Notes: generated by a model from the letters alone, not told the origin. Counted from the stretch's first letter, positions 1-8,778 are shown. The stretch is DNA of 64,000 nucleotides from an uncultured Rickettsiales bacterium (GCA_964574415.1 CAZNNM010000002.1:239110-303109), one strand, 5' to 3'. A program made the numbers and translations.

Positions 1-10
1 ATCCCGAATC

Positions 11-550
11 CTACCCCTTCACAAACCCCACAAATTTCTCTACCAAGCTCTTAAGTGCTTTTTCATCCTTCAAACGCCCATTCTCATCAAAAGCCTCGTT
101 AGCTTTCGGCAATCCAAGCATCGTAGGATAGACATGCATACCTAGCACTTCAAACGGAATCCGCGTATGCCATAACCCACGCACACCGCCCAGCGCACCG
201 GTAGAGGCTGCGCAAATCAGCAAATGCTTGCCGGTGATTGATACGGGCTTCTGGCGGGAGAGCCAATCCACCACGTTCTTGAGTGGAGAGGAAATTGAGC
301 CATTATATTCAGGCGTAGAGATAATCAGCGCATCAGCCTTAGTGATTTTTTCCGCAAGCGCCAGCACATCAGCAGGAATACCACTCTTATCTTCCACATC
401 ACCATCATAAATAGGAATATCAAGCGGCTGCAAATCCACAAATTCCGCCGTCACCCCGTCAAGCTCCTGCGCTAGGCGGATAGCTTCTTTAACATTTTTC
501 TTATTAAATGAATCTTTACGCAGTGAGCCTGCGAATGCGACAATATGCAT
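11..550 (-). CDS. NAD(P)H-dependent FMN reductase family oxidoreductase
   Basis: 179-aa ORF. The flavodoxin-like N-terminus MHIVAFAGSLRKDSFNKK and the STPEYNGSISSPLKN segment are typical of this family. Confidence 0.8.
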   Translation of the reverse strand: MHIVAFAGSLRKDSFNKKNVKEAIRLAQELDGVTAEFVDLQPLDIPIYDGDVEDKSGIPADVLALAEKITKADALIISTPEYNGSISSPLKNVVDWLSRQKPVSITGKHLLICAASTGALGGVRGLWHTRIPFEVLGMHVYPTMLGLPKANEAFDENGRLKDEKALKSLVEKFVGFVKG

Positions 551-628
551 GATTTTTCCCTCAGAATATATAATTCGTCAGAAGAGAATACTGTATGGGA
601 TGCAAATAATCTATGGGAAAAAGGCTGC

Positions 629-892
629 CTACCCCTCATAAATATCACGGCGATGGCCGATAGAGGCAATCGAGATCACCCTCGCATCCACATCTATATG
701 GTATAATATGCGATAATCTCCCACTCGCAAACTACGCAAATGGTGTAAACTATGCCGAAGCGGCTTACCAAAACGCACCGGATCAATGGTCAATTTGGTT
801 TCTATTGCTTTACGGATACGCTGTTTCACAGCATGATCAAGCCGTGGGATATCATCAGCAACAACGCTTTCTGCATACCGTATCTGCCACAT
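629..892 (-). CDS. Type II toxin, RelE/ParE family
   Basis: 87 aa. The profile (RIRKAIETKL...GKPLRHSLHHLRSLRVGDYRILYHID...VISIASIGHRRDIY) is typical of RelE/StbE-like toxins. It lies 3 nt downstream of a small RHH gene. Confidence 0.85.
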   Translation of the reverse strand: MWQIRYAESVVADDIPRLDHAVKQRIRKAIETKLTIDPVRFGKPLRHSLHHLRSLRVGDYRILYHIDVDARVISIASIGHRRDIYEG

Positions 893-895
893 AGA

Positions 896-1117
896 TTATT
901 TCCACGCATCCTCATGGTTTACCCACCTCTTAGCAGAAGCAAAGCGCTCATCAGCATGTTTAGAGAGCAGAATGTCTTCATGAAGCTCCAATGCTTCACG
1001 AATCAGCTCAGCAGCGGTTGCAGAGATCGAACGATGTTGTTGCTCCGCAAGATGCGCCAATAACCCGCTGGTTTCTTGATCAAGCATTACTTGAATTCTA
1101 GGATTTTCTGTTGCCAT
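896..1117 (-). CDS. Ribbon-helix-helix type antitoxin (partner of the RelE/ParE toxin)
   Basis: Start moved to ATG at 1117 (MATENPRIQVMLDQE...), with GGGAGA upstream. 73 aa, with a beta-strand plus two-helix N-terminal pattern. It sits immediately upstream of the toxin gene. Confidence 0.7.
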   Translation of the reverse strand: MATENPRIQVMLDQETSGLLAHLAEQQHRSISATAAELIREALELHEDILLSKHADERFASAKRWVNHEDAWK

Positions 1118-1270
1118 GATGGTATTCTCCCTATCTTTTGAAAGTGTATCACTTTTTACACACTTTTGCAAGAGAGAAGTATTTGCACCAACCCGCCTGC
1201 GCTTAGCTGCGCTCTCCATCTCATCAAGCCTAAAAAAGGCTTGCCGAGACATAGCTCGCAGAGCGTAGGC

Positions 1271-1347
1271 TGGTGGGGCGAGAGGGATTTGAACCCCCGA
1301 CCAAGGCGTTATGAGCGCCCTGCTACTAACCGCTGAGCTATCGCCCC
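1271..1347 (-). tRNA. tRNA with CAT anticodon (elongator Met or lysidine-modified Ile2; not initiator, since positions 1:72 form a G-C pair)
   Basis: The reverse complement GGGGCGATAGCTCAGCGGTTAGTAGCAGGGCGCTCATAACGCCTTGGTCGGGGGTTCAAATCCCTCTCGCCCCACCA folds as a cloverleaf. Anticodon loop is CTCATAA, T-loop is TTCAAAT, and CCA is encoded. Confidence 0.9.
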
Positions 1348-1400
1348 CTAAAGGAAGGTATTACCGTAGATATCCCCCTTTGGCAAGGGCTTTTCGTGGT

Positions 1401-1817
1401 TTACCAGCTTGCTAGCCCGTGTCCGGTTGGCAAAGTGTTTAAACTTGCTGCATTGGTTGGGTTTGCAATCGGTCTGTTGAAAATATCCCCAGAGGCATTC
1501 GGTAGCGTTGTCCGCATATCTGCCTCACGCAGCACCGAATAGGCATAATGCCGGCAATAGGCTGAGGCATCCTTCCACGCCAGATAATAATCAGGGATTT
1601 TGATCTTGGCTTCAGTGACCTTAAATTTATAGAAGGTCTGGTAATAGGCGTTGGTCATGTGCGAAAGCCCGGTTTCGCAGCCTTCTGTCCAGCCTTGCTT
1701 ATAATCGGGCGAGGCATCTTTCGGCATATCATCAAACAAGCGGTTGAGCGGCCGGAAGGTGGATGCACATCCCGTTAAGCCCATCACTAGAACTATTGCG
1801 AGTATCAGTGTTTTCAT
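1401..1817 (-). CDS. Lipoprotein, member 1 of a five-gene paralogous family (unknown function)
   Basis: 138 aa. Signal peptide with lipobox LTGC. The core DYKQGWTEGCETG...YYQTFYKFK...YYLAWKDASAYCRHY is shared with the four upstream genes. Confidence 0.75.
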   Translation of the reverse strand: MKTLILAIVLVMGLTGCASTFRPLNRLFDDMPKDASPDYKQGWTEGCETGLSHMTNAYYQTFYKFKVTEAKIKIPDYYLAWKDASAYCRHYAYSVLREADMRTTLPNASGDIFNRPIANPTNAASLNTLPTGHGLASW

Positions 1818-1820
1818 AGC

Positions 1821-2138
1821 CTACCAACTTTCCACCGCATCAAACTTCCACAACGTAAAGCGGAAGGTATATTGACGGCAATACGTATACGCATCTTTCC
1901 AGGCCTGATAATACATCTTATTCTGGATTTTATGCGTGTTTTGCGTGAATTTATAGAAGGTTTTATAATAGTTTGGCGCCATTGTACCCATACCGGTTTT
2001 GCAACCATCTCTCCAACCTTCCTGGAAATCTGGCGGCCCATCTGGCACATCGCCCATACCAAATGCCTTCGGCCCACCCAGTTTGGAGCTACAGGCGCTT
2101 AGCATCAGAATACAGGCTATAATGACTAGATACCGCAT
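1821..2138 (-). CDS. Lipoprotein, member 2 of the paralogous family
   Basis: Start set at ATG 2138 (MRYLVIIACILMLSAC), with GGAGA upstream. Core is GPPDFQEGWRDGCKTG...YYKTFYKF...YYQAWKDAYTYCRQY. Confidence 0.75.
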   Translation of the reverse strand: MRYLVIIACILMLSACSSKLGGPKAFGMGDVPDGPPDFQEGWRDGCKTGMGTMAPNYYKTFYKFTQNTHKIQNKMYYQAWKDAYTYCRQYTFRFTLWKFDAVESW

Positions 2139-2151
2139 ACTCCCATCTCCT

Positions 2152-2481
2152 CTAGAAGAACTCACGTTTGAGATATTGGAACATATAACGCTGGCAATAA
2201 TCAAACGCCGTTTTCCACCCAGTATAATAGGTTGGGTCTTGGGCTAAGGCACTGTCCTGCTTAAATTTATAGAACATTTTCTGATATTGGTTAGCCGTTG
2301 CCGAAATTCCCGTCTCACAGCCATCTTTCCAGCCTTGCTTAAAATTCGGCGGGCCAGGAGGGCCTTCAAACAGCATTTTCTGGTTTCCACCAAACGGCGA
2401 ACCTACGCGTGGTTTCCAGTCACACCCTGTAAGCAAGGTGAGAACGAATACAGCAGAGAGGATGATCGATAATAGTTTCAT
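2152..2481 (-). CDS. Lipoprotein, member 3 of the paralogous family
   Basis: 109 aa. Lipobox LTGC. Core is GPPNFKQGWKDGCETG...MFYKFKQD...YYTGWKTAFDYCQRY. Confidence 0.75.
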   Translation of the reverse strand: MKLLSIILSAVFVLTLLTGCDWKPRVGSPFGGNQKMLFEGPPGPPNFKQGWKDGCETGISATANQYQKMFYKFKQDSALAQDPTYYTGWKTAFDYCQRYMFQYLKREFF

Positions 2482-2945
2482 AACACACTATCACTTTTGA
2501 AGGGATCAACCCACATATCGGTTACACCATTAGCCCACGGGTTGCGGTATTCTGGCATGGTTTGATCGCCCCATTTACCAAAGGTATCAAACACACCGCC
2601 ACGGCCATCACCATCATAATCCATCAAACCATGCTCACCAATACTGAGCGCATAGACGGAGCAATAGCTATAGGCATCTTTCCATACTTGATAATACACA
2701 GGATTCTGCGCCAATATCGGGTCTTGCTTATACGAACCCCAGACTTTGTTAAACTGGGTAGCATAGGCTTTCCATCCACTCTGACAGCCATCTTTCCAGC
2801 CTTGTTCATATTCTGGCGGGCCTTTTGGCGGCACCATGTTTAAGTTCGCAGGCTTTGCCCAGTTAAATTGGGCATGACCACTGCTACACGCCGTAAGCAT
2901 CCCTATTAACATCATCATGGCAAGCGATCTGACGATCATTTTCAT
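2478..2945 (-). CDS. Lipoprotein, member 4 of the paralogous family (C-terminally extended)
   Basis: 155 aa. Lipobox LTAC. Core is GPPEYEQGWKDGCQSG...YYQVWKDAYSYCSVY. It overlaps the next gene by 4 bp. Confidence 0.75.
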   Translation of the reverse strand: MKMIVRSLAMMMLIGMLTACSSGHAQFNWAKPANLNMVPPKGPPEYEQGWKDGCQSGWKAYATQFNKVWGSYKQDPILAQNPVYYQVWKDAYSYCSVYALSIGEHGLMDYDGDGRGGVFDTFGKWGDQTMPEYRNPWANGVTDMWVDPFKSDSVL

Positions 2946-2951
2946 TACCTT

Positions 2952-3320
2952 TTAGTGCAAGTCCCAGTCTAAGTAGTATGCACAATATGAGCTTCCATCC
3001 GCAAAACCGCGTAGATACATCGGATCTTTGGATAATGTATATCCATCAATTTGCGGCTTCATCGTACGCAAAACCCCTGCACCCACAATCGACAGATGCG
3101 CCTCACAACCTGCACGCATCCCTTGGCTATAAGGATCATCACCTTGCGGTAGTTTTAAGAATGGCCGGCTTGGGGAGTATACACTGCCTTGCTTCGTATC
3201 CACAGGCTGTTTTAACCATGCCCAGCTACTGCTGTAACATCCTGACAATACAGCACAACACCCCACCATCAGCAGAATGCTTTTACCATGTGACCAGCAA
3301 GTGAATGTTTCTTTACGCAT
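2952..3320 (-). CDS. Lipoprotein, divergent member 5 of the paralogous family
   Basis: 122 aa. Lipobox LSGC. Retains a degenerate core (DPYSQGMRAGCEAH...MYLRGFADGSSYCAYY) with both Cys at equivalent positions. Confidence 0.6.
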   Translation of the reverse strand: MRKETFTCWSHGKSILLMVGCCAVLSGCYSSSWAWLKQPVDTKQGSVYSPSRPFLKLPQGDDPYSQGMRAGCEAHLSIVGAGVLRTMKPQIDGYTLSKDPMYLRGFADGSSYCAYYLDWDLH

Positions 3321-3338
3321 ATTCTTAAGTATATCATA

Positions 3339-3364
3339 TTTTTATAAAAAAATTTTTATAAAAA
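3339..3364. promoter_or_regulatory. Two copies of the perfect 12-bp palindrome TTTTTATAAAAA, 14 bp apart, upstream of the lipoprotein array
   Basis: tttttataaaaa occurs at 3339..3350 and again at 3353..3364, about 20-45 bp upstream of the first lipoprotein start codon (3320, minus strand). Confidence 0.3.
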
Positions 3365-3398
3365 TGCCCCCTCAGCGTAAAAGTTATAAGCTATTGTT

Positions 3399-3839
3399 TT
3401 ATCGTTTTTTCTGTTGTTGATCAAGCGCTTCGCGTTCGCGTTGCACTTGAGCTACGAAGGATTTTTGCGCGGTTTTTTGCGGCTCCACCTCTTCCTTGGC
3501 TACCTTCACCCCTGCTTTGAAAAACTGTTGGATACTGTGATAAATCGTTGCAATCACACTCGCACGGGCTTCTTCATCCAGAATCGCTTGCTCTCCGCCT
3601 AGCACCTGGCGTAAGCCTTTGTTTTTGCGTATCCTAAACATGCCCGCAAAGAAGCGCCCCAACACGCTTTCCCGCTGTTTTTCCTCAAGAACTTTCTCAT
3701 CACCAATTTCTTGGCGCAACCGCTTCAGCGTAGGGTCTTGGCCACGACGATCTGGCCCGGCATAGCGCTTCTCCTGCTGCTCTTCCTTGGCTTTATCCCG
3801 TTCTTCGGGCGGTTGAGTTTGATCGTCTTTTTCGTTCAT
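3399..3839 (-). CDS. Hypothetical highly charged protein
   Basis: 146-aa ORF rich in E/K/R/Q with one amphipathic central segment. No family recognised. It has no TM segment or MCE-like region, so it is not MlaD. Confidence 0.5.
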   Translation of the reverse strand: MNEKDDQTQPPEERDKAKEEQQEKRYAGPDRRGQDPTLKRLRQEIGDEKVLEEKQRESVLGRFFAGMFRIRKNKGLRQVLGGEQAILDEEARASVIATIYHSIQQFFKAGVKVAKEEVEPQKTAQKSFVAQVQREREALDQQQKKR

Positions 3840-3951
3840 AATGAACAGTAATATAACAGAAAGATGTAACAGTTTTATGAAGGGACTAGGGACTAGGAAT
3901 CTATCAACATAATGTCATAGCAAAGACTATGACACCTTACCCCAGCCTCCA

Positions 3952-4719
3952 TTAATGATCCTGAATCTGCATCTTAATCGGCCCTTCAGCCTTGCCATGA
4001 ATAAACTGCTGCACATACGGATTATCTGTCTCATCCAGATTTTCCACCGTATCGCACCAAATGAACTCACCTTGATAAAGCATCGCCACACGGTTCGCGA
4101 TTTTGCGGGCGCTGTGCATATCATGGGTGATGGTAAGTGTGGTTGCACCCAGTTCTTCGGAGCATTTTATGATCAGGTCGTTAATAATATCGGCCATAAT
4201 CGGATCCAGCCCTGTGGTTGGCTCATCAAAGAAGATAATCTCCGGCGAACGTGCAATCGCACGGGCAAGGGATACACGTTTTTGCATACCGCCCGATAAT
4301 TCGGATGGATACAAATCCGCCACTTCTTTGCCCAAGCCCACAGATGCTAATTTTTCGAGCGCCAGCTCACGGCCTTGTTTGCGGGTGAGTGCTTTGGTTT
4401 GCAGTAAGCTAAAGGAAATATTTTCCCATACCGGCAAACTATCAAACAACGCACCGCCTTGGAATAACATACCAAATTTTTCCATAATCCGGTCGCGCTG
4501 TGTACCACGAGCTTGTGCGGTTTCTTCGCCATCGATCAGAATGGAACCGCTAGTCGGATGCATCAATCCTAAAATGCTTTTGAGCAATACAGACTTGCCA
4601 CTACCCGAACCACCAATCACCACCAGCGACTCGCCCTTTTCAATGGTCAGATTAATGCCTTTCAGCACCTGTTTGGAACCGAAGGATTTGCATACATTAT
4701 CAAGTATAATTTTAGGCAT
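3952..4719 (-). CDS. mlaF: ABC transporter ATP-binding protein, MlaF-like (phospholipid/lipid asymmetry ABC system)
   Basis: Start set at ATG 4719 (MPKIILDNVCKSFG). Walker A GGSGSGKS, signature LSGGMQKRVSLARA and Walker B IIFFDEPTTGLD are present. It lies directly downstream of mlaE. Confidence 0.85.
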   Translation of the reverse strand: MPKIILDNVCKSFGSKQVLKGINLTIEKGESLVVIGGSGSGKSVLLKSILGLMHPTSGSILIDGEETAQARGTQRDRIMEKFGMLFQGGALFDSLPVWENISFSLLQTKALTRKQGRELALEKLASVGLGKEVADLYPSELSGGMQKRVSLARAIARSPEIIFFDEPTTGLDPIMADIINDLIIKCSEELGATTLTITHDMHSARKIANRVAMLYQGEFIWCDTVENLDETDNPYVQQFIHGKAEGPIKMQIQDH

Positions 4720-4724
4720 AATAA

Positions 4725-5522
4725 TTACCGTGCAAAGAAGAGTTCGGTGATGAGATAATTCGATAACAGAATGAGGATAGAAGAGGTTACCACCGCATTG
4801 GTCGTTGCAGCCCCCACTCCTTGCGCACCACCACGGGAATGATAGCCTTGATAGCATCCCATCAAGGTAATAATAAACCCAAACACCGCCGCTTTCACTA
4901 AACCAGAAAACACATCACGGAATTCCAGATACTGGAATGTGCTATGTAAATACGACCCAGGCACGAATCCAAGCTTATGGATACTCACCATATAGCCACC
5001 GAAAATACCGATAATATCAGCCACCAACACTAAACATGGCAGAGTGATAATTCCCGCAATCAACCGCGGAGCAACCAGATATTGGTAGGGATTGGTTGAA
5101 AGCGTGGAGAGCGCATCGATTTGCTCTGTCACCCGCATCGTCCCAATTTCCGCCGCAATCGCCGCACCCACACGACCTGCCACCATTAAGCCGGCTAATA
5201 CCGGCCCTAACTCACGGGTAATCGATAATACCACCACCGTTGCAATCGAGCTTTCCGCGTTAAAACGGGAAAATCCGCTATAGGATTGCAGTGCCAATAC
5301 CGCACCGGTGAAAATCGCTGTTAAGCCAATCACAGGCAGGGAGTAATATCCGACTTCCAACACCTGCCGTAAAATCTGGCGTGAATAATACGGTGGGCGG
5401 ATAATGGCATAGAGCGAATTCCCTGTAAAAATCGCTAATTTCCCGGTCATTTGTAAAAACGCCAATACCACTTGGCCAATAGTCGCTAGAAAATTCATCG
5501 ACGCTTTCTTTCCTCTATTCAC
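4725..5522 (-). CDS. mlaE: ABC transporter permease, MlaE/YrbE family
   Basis: 265 aa, multi-pass. Contains the family-typical stretch TRELGPVLAGLMVAGRVGAAIAAEIGTMRVTEQIDAL. Confidence 0.85.
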   Translation of the reverse strand: MNRGKKASMNFLATIGQVVLAFLQMTGKLAIFTGNSLYAIIRPPYYSRQILRQVLEVGYYSLPVIGLTAIFTGAVLALQSYSGFSRFNAESSIATVVVLSITRELGPVLAGLMVAGRVGAAIAAEIGTMRVTEQIDALSTLSTNPYQYLVAPRLIAGIITLPCLVLVADIIGIFGGYMVSIHKLGFVPGSYLHSTFQYLEFRDVFSGLVKAAVFGFIITLMGCYQGYHSRGGAQGVGAATTNAVVTSSILILLSNYLITELFFAR

Positions 5523-5526
5523 TTTT

Positions 5527-6621
5527 CTATTCTACATATTCCCGCTTATAGCGCTTGCCCAAGGATGTCAGTACTTCATATCCTATCGTATCCGCCTGTT
5601 TTGCCACATCATCGAGTGTACGATGTTCGCCTATAAGCTCTACTTCTGCACCAATATGCAAGAGTGAATCCGGCACATCGCTTACATCAACCGTGACCAA
5701 ATCCATAGAAACACGCCCTATTACGGGTAACATGTATCCTGCGAGATAACAATGATTTTTGTTGCTAAACGCGCGGAAATATCCATCGGCGTAACCAATA
5801 CCCAACACTGCCACTTTATTGCCCGGATGTACTTCATAGGTTGCACCATAACCCACTGTTTTGGTTTTTGTGATCGAACGTATTTGAAGAATCGGCGCTG
5901 TTGCTGTCACCACCGTTTTCATCGGGTTTGGCTGCTGTGACGTAGGATTACAGCCATATAATGCCACACCAGGGCGCACCATATCAAAATGGTATTCTTC
6001 TCCCAAGAAAATACCGGAAGAATTCGCAAAACTGATCTTATGCTTCTCAGCATGGTGCTGTATATCCTGCATACGGTGCAACTGCCTGCTGTTTAAGAAA
6101 TGTTCCGGCGCATCCGCACAAGCCAGATGGCTCATCACATAACGAATATCCAAATGCTCGCACATGCTTGGGAACATTGCCAAAAAATCCACCAGCGAAA
6201 AACCCAGCCGGCACATGCCCGTATCCACATGGATCACAGCAGGCAAGCCTGCGCGGTATTTATGCCATAGCTCATATTGATAACTATCGTTCAATACAGG
6301 GATCAGACCATGTTGCACGAACAGTTCTTCTTCACCCGCCTGCACACCCAGTAATACATAGATATTCACACAATCTATAATGCCACGCAGCTCCACAGCC
6401 TCATCAAGGGTTGCCACCACAAAATCACGGCATCCTGCATTATAAAGCGCCCGCGCAACCGGAGCCACCCCCAAACCATACGCATCCGCCTTCACCACAG
6501 CGCTACATATACTGCCTGGGCGTAAACGGTTTTTGAGGAAACGGTAATTATCACAAAGAGCAGAAAGATTAACGCGAAGCAGGCTCATAAGTATAGACGT
6601 CATCATTAGAGAGTAAAACAC
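5527..6621 (-). CDS. alr: Alanine racemase
   Basis: 364-aa ORF with the PLP-lysine motif VVKADAYGLG and C-terminal GYADGY/GRVSMD motifs. The true start may be an internal Met a few codons in. Confidence 0.9.
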   Translation of the reverse strand: MFYSLMMTSILMSLLRVNLSALCDNYRFLKNRLRPGSICSAVVKADAYGLGVAPVARALYNAGCRDFVVATLDEAVELRGIIDCVNIYVLLGVQAGEEELFVQHGLIPVLNDSYQYELWHKYRAGLPAVIHVDTGMCRLGFSLVDFLAMFPSMCEHLDIRYVMSHLACADAPEHFLNSRQLHRMQDIQHHAEKHKISFANSSGIFLGEEYHFDMVRPGVALYGCNPTSQQPNPMKTVVTATAPILQIRSITKTKTVGYGATYEVHPGNKVAVLGIGYADGYFRAFSNKNHCYLAGYMLPVIGRVSMDLVTVDVSDVPDSLLHIGAEVELIGEHRTLDDVAKQADTIGYEVLTSLGKRYKREYVE

Positions 6622-6659
6622 GAAGGATAGTATAGAGCATCATAGCTTTGTGCAAGGGG

Positions 6660-7110
6660 GATGAGAAATGGGGTACTGACTCATTTTGAAATTTTTATGT
6701 TTTTTTATTTCGCTTGTCATTCCGGACGTGATCCGGAATCCACCAAGACTGGTGCTTCTACGGAAATTCTTATCGATCACGCCGCCGTAACAGTGGATCC
6801 CGGATCACGTCCGGGATGACAAAAATGCAAAATGAGTCAGTGCCGAGAAATGGGCATTACTGTCATTGCGAGGAGCATTAGCGACGCGGGCAGGCCATCT
6901 CTAGAGGTTCTCGGTGCCTTAAATACCACCTGGATCGCCACGCTACGCTCGCGATGACGGCAGCATCTCTCTGTCATTCTTAGACTTGATCCAAGGATGA
7001 CAGGGGGCGCTCGTCACTGCGAGGAGCGATAGCGACGCGGCAGTCCATCTCTAGGGGTTCTCTGCGCCTTAAATACCACCTGGATCGCCACGCTACGCTC
7101 GCGATGACGG
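6660..7110. repeat. Cluster of TGTCAT-terminated palindromic repeats (MITE/REP-like)
   Basis: Family A copy at 6715..6821 (tgtcattccggacgtgatccggaatccac...gtggatcccggatcacgtccgggatgaca). Two near-identical family B copies at 6861..6960 and 7012..7110. A 30-bp hairpin at 6972..7001. Flanking inverted ctgactcatttt/aaaatgagtcag. Confidence 0.9.
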
Positions 7111-7214
7111 TTTTTGTTATTACAGCCTCAGCTAGAAACCACAAAAAACTCCCTTCCGGCTTTCCCCATCTCATCATAGGCTTATCCTTATTAACCTCAT
7201 AAAAGGATCGCACC

Positions 7215-8483
7215 ATGCCCGTCGCAACCAAAAAAATCCGCAAAGCCCTTCGTCAAAAACAACGGCCACAACGTAGCTGGAAGGAGTGGCTGCCGCAGTT
7301 TAAGAAGAAAAACACCTATCAATGGCTGGAATCAGCTAATAGCAACTCCGCCAGTATGCAATCCCTGTTCCACACGCCAGGCAAGCCGGTTTGGATGCCA
7401 CGTGAATATGGAAAATTTGCCGATGAGGCCTATACGCGTAACGTCATCGCCTACCGCGCTATCACCATGATTGCTCAAAGTGCCGCCAGTGTAGACTGGG
7501 TGCTTTACCGCGTGGATGCTGAAGGCAACCGCCATGTTGTGCAAGAACATCCACTTTTGCGCTTGCTCCAACATCCGAATCCGTGCTGCGGTGGGGCAGA
7601 GTTTTTTGAGTCGGTCTATGCTTATAAACTCATCAGTGGCAATAGCTACATCCAAGCCATTGCGCCCGATGGCCTCGTCCCGCATGAATTACACACACTC
7701 CGGCCAGACCGCATCCAAATCATTGCCGGTGGGGCATGTATGCCGGAAGGGTATCGCTATACTGTCGGCAATTATAGCCGTGACTTTTTTGTAGACCGCA
7801 TCAGCGGTTATAGCGATATCCTCCACCTCAAATGCTTCCACCCGCTGAATGACTGGTATGGGCTTTCGCCGATTGAGGCGGCTGCCTATAGTATCGATCA
7901 ACACAACCACGCCAGCATGTGGAACCAATCCCTTTTGCAAAACGGTGCACGCCCAAGTGGCGCACTCATCGTCAAAACCGGAGACAACCAAACCGGCCTG
8001 CTGTCCGATGACCAGTTCCACCGCCTCAAACAACAACTGGATGAGCATTATAGCGGCAGTATCAATGCCGGACGACCATTATTACTGGAAGGCGGACTCG
8101 AATGGAAAGAGATGAGCCTCTCGCCAAAAGATATGGATTTCATGGATATGAAATACGGTGCTGCACGTGATATCGCTTTGGCCTTTGGTGTGCCACCACA
8201 ATTGCTAGGCATTCCAGGCGATAACACCTATAGCAACCTCGCCGAAGCACGCCTGGCATTATGGGAGCAAACCATTCTGCCACTCTTAGATAATACCGCC
8301 GATGCGCTCAATAACTGGCTCTCCCGCCGGTTTGACCATGACTTGCTGATCTCCTATAACGAAAACACCATCAGCGCCCTCGCCCCACGCCGCGAAACCA
8401 TCTGGAACCGCGTGGAAAACAGTAGCTTCATGACCGACGCTGAAAAACGCCGTGCGGTGGGGTTATCGATAGTGAGTGAGTAA
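7215..8483 (+). CDS. Phage portal protein, HK97 family (GTA-type), orphan
   Basis: 422 aa. Matches the HK97/RcGTA-g3-like portal pattern (NVIAYRAITMIAQSAASV..., GNSY, LSPIEAAAYSIDQHNHASMWNQSLLQNGARPSGAL, MDFMDMKYGAARDIALAFGVPPQLLG). No terminase, protease or capsid genes are adjacent. Confidence 0.85.
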   Translation: MPVATKKIRKALRQKQRPQRSWKEWLPQFKKKNTYQWLESANSNSASMQSLFHTPGKPVWMPREYGKFADEAYTRNVIAYRAITMIAQSAASVDWVLYRVDAEGNRHVVQEHPLLRLLQHPNPCCGGAEFFESVYAYKLISGNSYIQAIAPDGLVPHELHTLRPDRIQIIAGGACMPEGYRYTVGNYSRDFFVDRISGYSDILHLKCFHPLNDWYGLSPIEAAAYSIDQHNHASMWNQSLLQNGARPSGALIVKTGDNQTGLLSDDQFHRLKQQLDEHYSGSINAGRPLLLEGGLEWKEMSLSPKDMDFMDMKYGAARDIALAFGVPPQLLGIPGDNTYSNLAEARLALWEQTILPLLDNTADALNNWLSRRFDHDLLISYNENTISALAPRRETIWNRVENSSFMTDAEKRRAVGLSIVSE

Positions 8484-8566
8484 GCCTGGGTGTTGCATGG
8501 CTCCATAACCTATTGCTATTTGTCATCTACTCATATGTATATTTTTTTGCATAAAAGTATGTGCGC

Positions 8567-8778
8567 TGTCATCCTTGGACTTGATCCAAGGATCCATCAT
8601 AGACAGAGTGCAACAATACGGCGTTGAATAATGCTATTGGTTTTAGATGGATTCTTGGATCAAGTCCAAGAATGACAGAGAAAACCATATCACTGTCATC
8701 GCGAGCATAAGCGTGGTGATCCAGGGCAGAGAGTCCCGTCCCTGGATTACCATAGCTATTACGTGGCCTCGCAATGAC
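8567..8778. repeat. Palindromic repeats: family C (8567..8677) plus family B-like (8694..8778)
   Basis: tgtcatccttggacttgatccaaggatccat...atggattcttggatcaagtccaagaatgaca, followed by ctgtcatcgcgagc...cctcgcaatgacga. The same pair recurs at 11441..11704. Confidence 0.9.

Noticed and set aside
551-1270. The relE/RHH module as a tRNA(CAT)-integrated islet
   Set aside because: I found no repeat of the tRNA 3' end (tggtggggcgagaggg...) near 551..630 or elsewhere in the window, so there is no att-like evidence.
1814-2102. ORFs 1814..2077 (-) and 1872..2102 (+) overlapping lipoprotein gene 2
   Set aside because: They are alternative frames of a gene whose family conservation fixes the real frame. 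They have no signal peptide or motifs.
3399-3839. Possible MlaD (MCE) gene completing the mlaFE operon
   Set aside because: The protein has no N-terminal TM anchor and no MCE-like beta-rich domain. It is a charged helical protein, so it is left as hypothetical.
3915-3940. Hairpin tgtcatag-caaaga-ctatgaca downstream of mlaF as a terminator
   Set aside because: It has only an 8-bp AT-rich stem with no U-tract on the transcribed strand. It may simply be a degenerate TGTCAT-type repeat end.
6660-7110. Possible CRISPR array, given the many short repeats
   Set aside because: The repeats are long palindromes of several unrelated families. They are dispersed singly or in pairs throughout the window and have no regular repeat-spacer periodicity. 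No cas genes are present.
6980-7243. 87-aa ORF (and similar ORFs 8569..8826, 16309..16710, 28043..28276, 31595..31807, 37276..37458, 40706..40981) lying in intergenic repeat clusters
   Set aside because: They are translations of the palindromic MITE-like repeats (peptides such as VIARS.ATWQS and SFRT.SGIH). They lack ribosome-binding sites and their sequence recurs wherever the repeat recurs.
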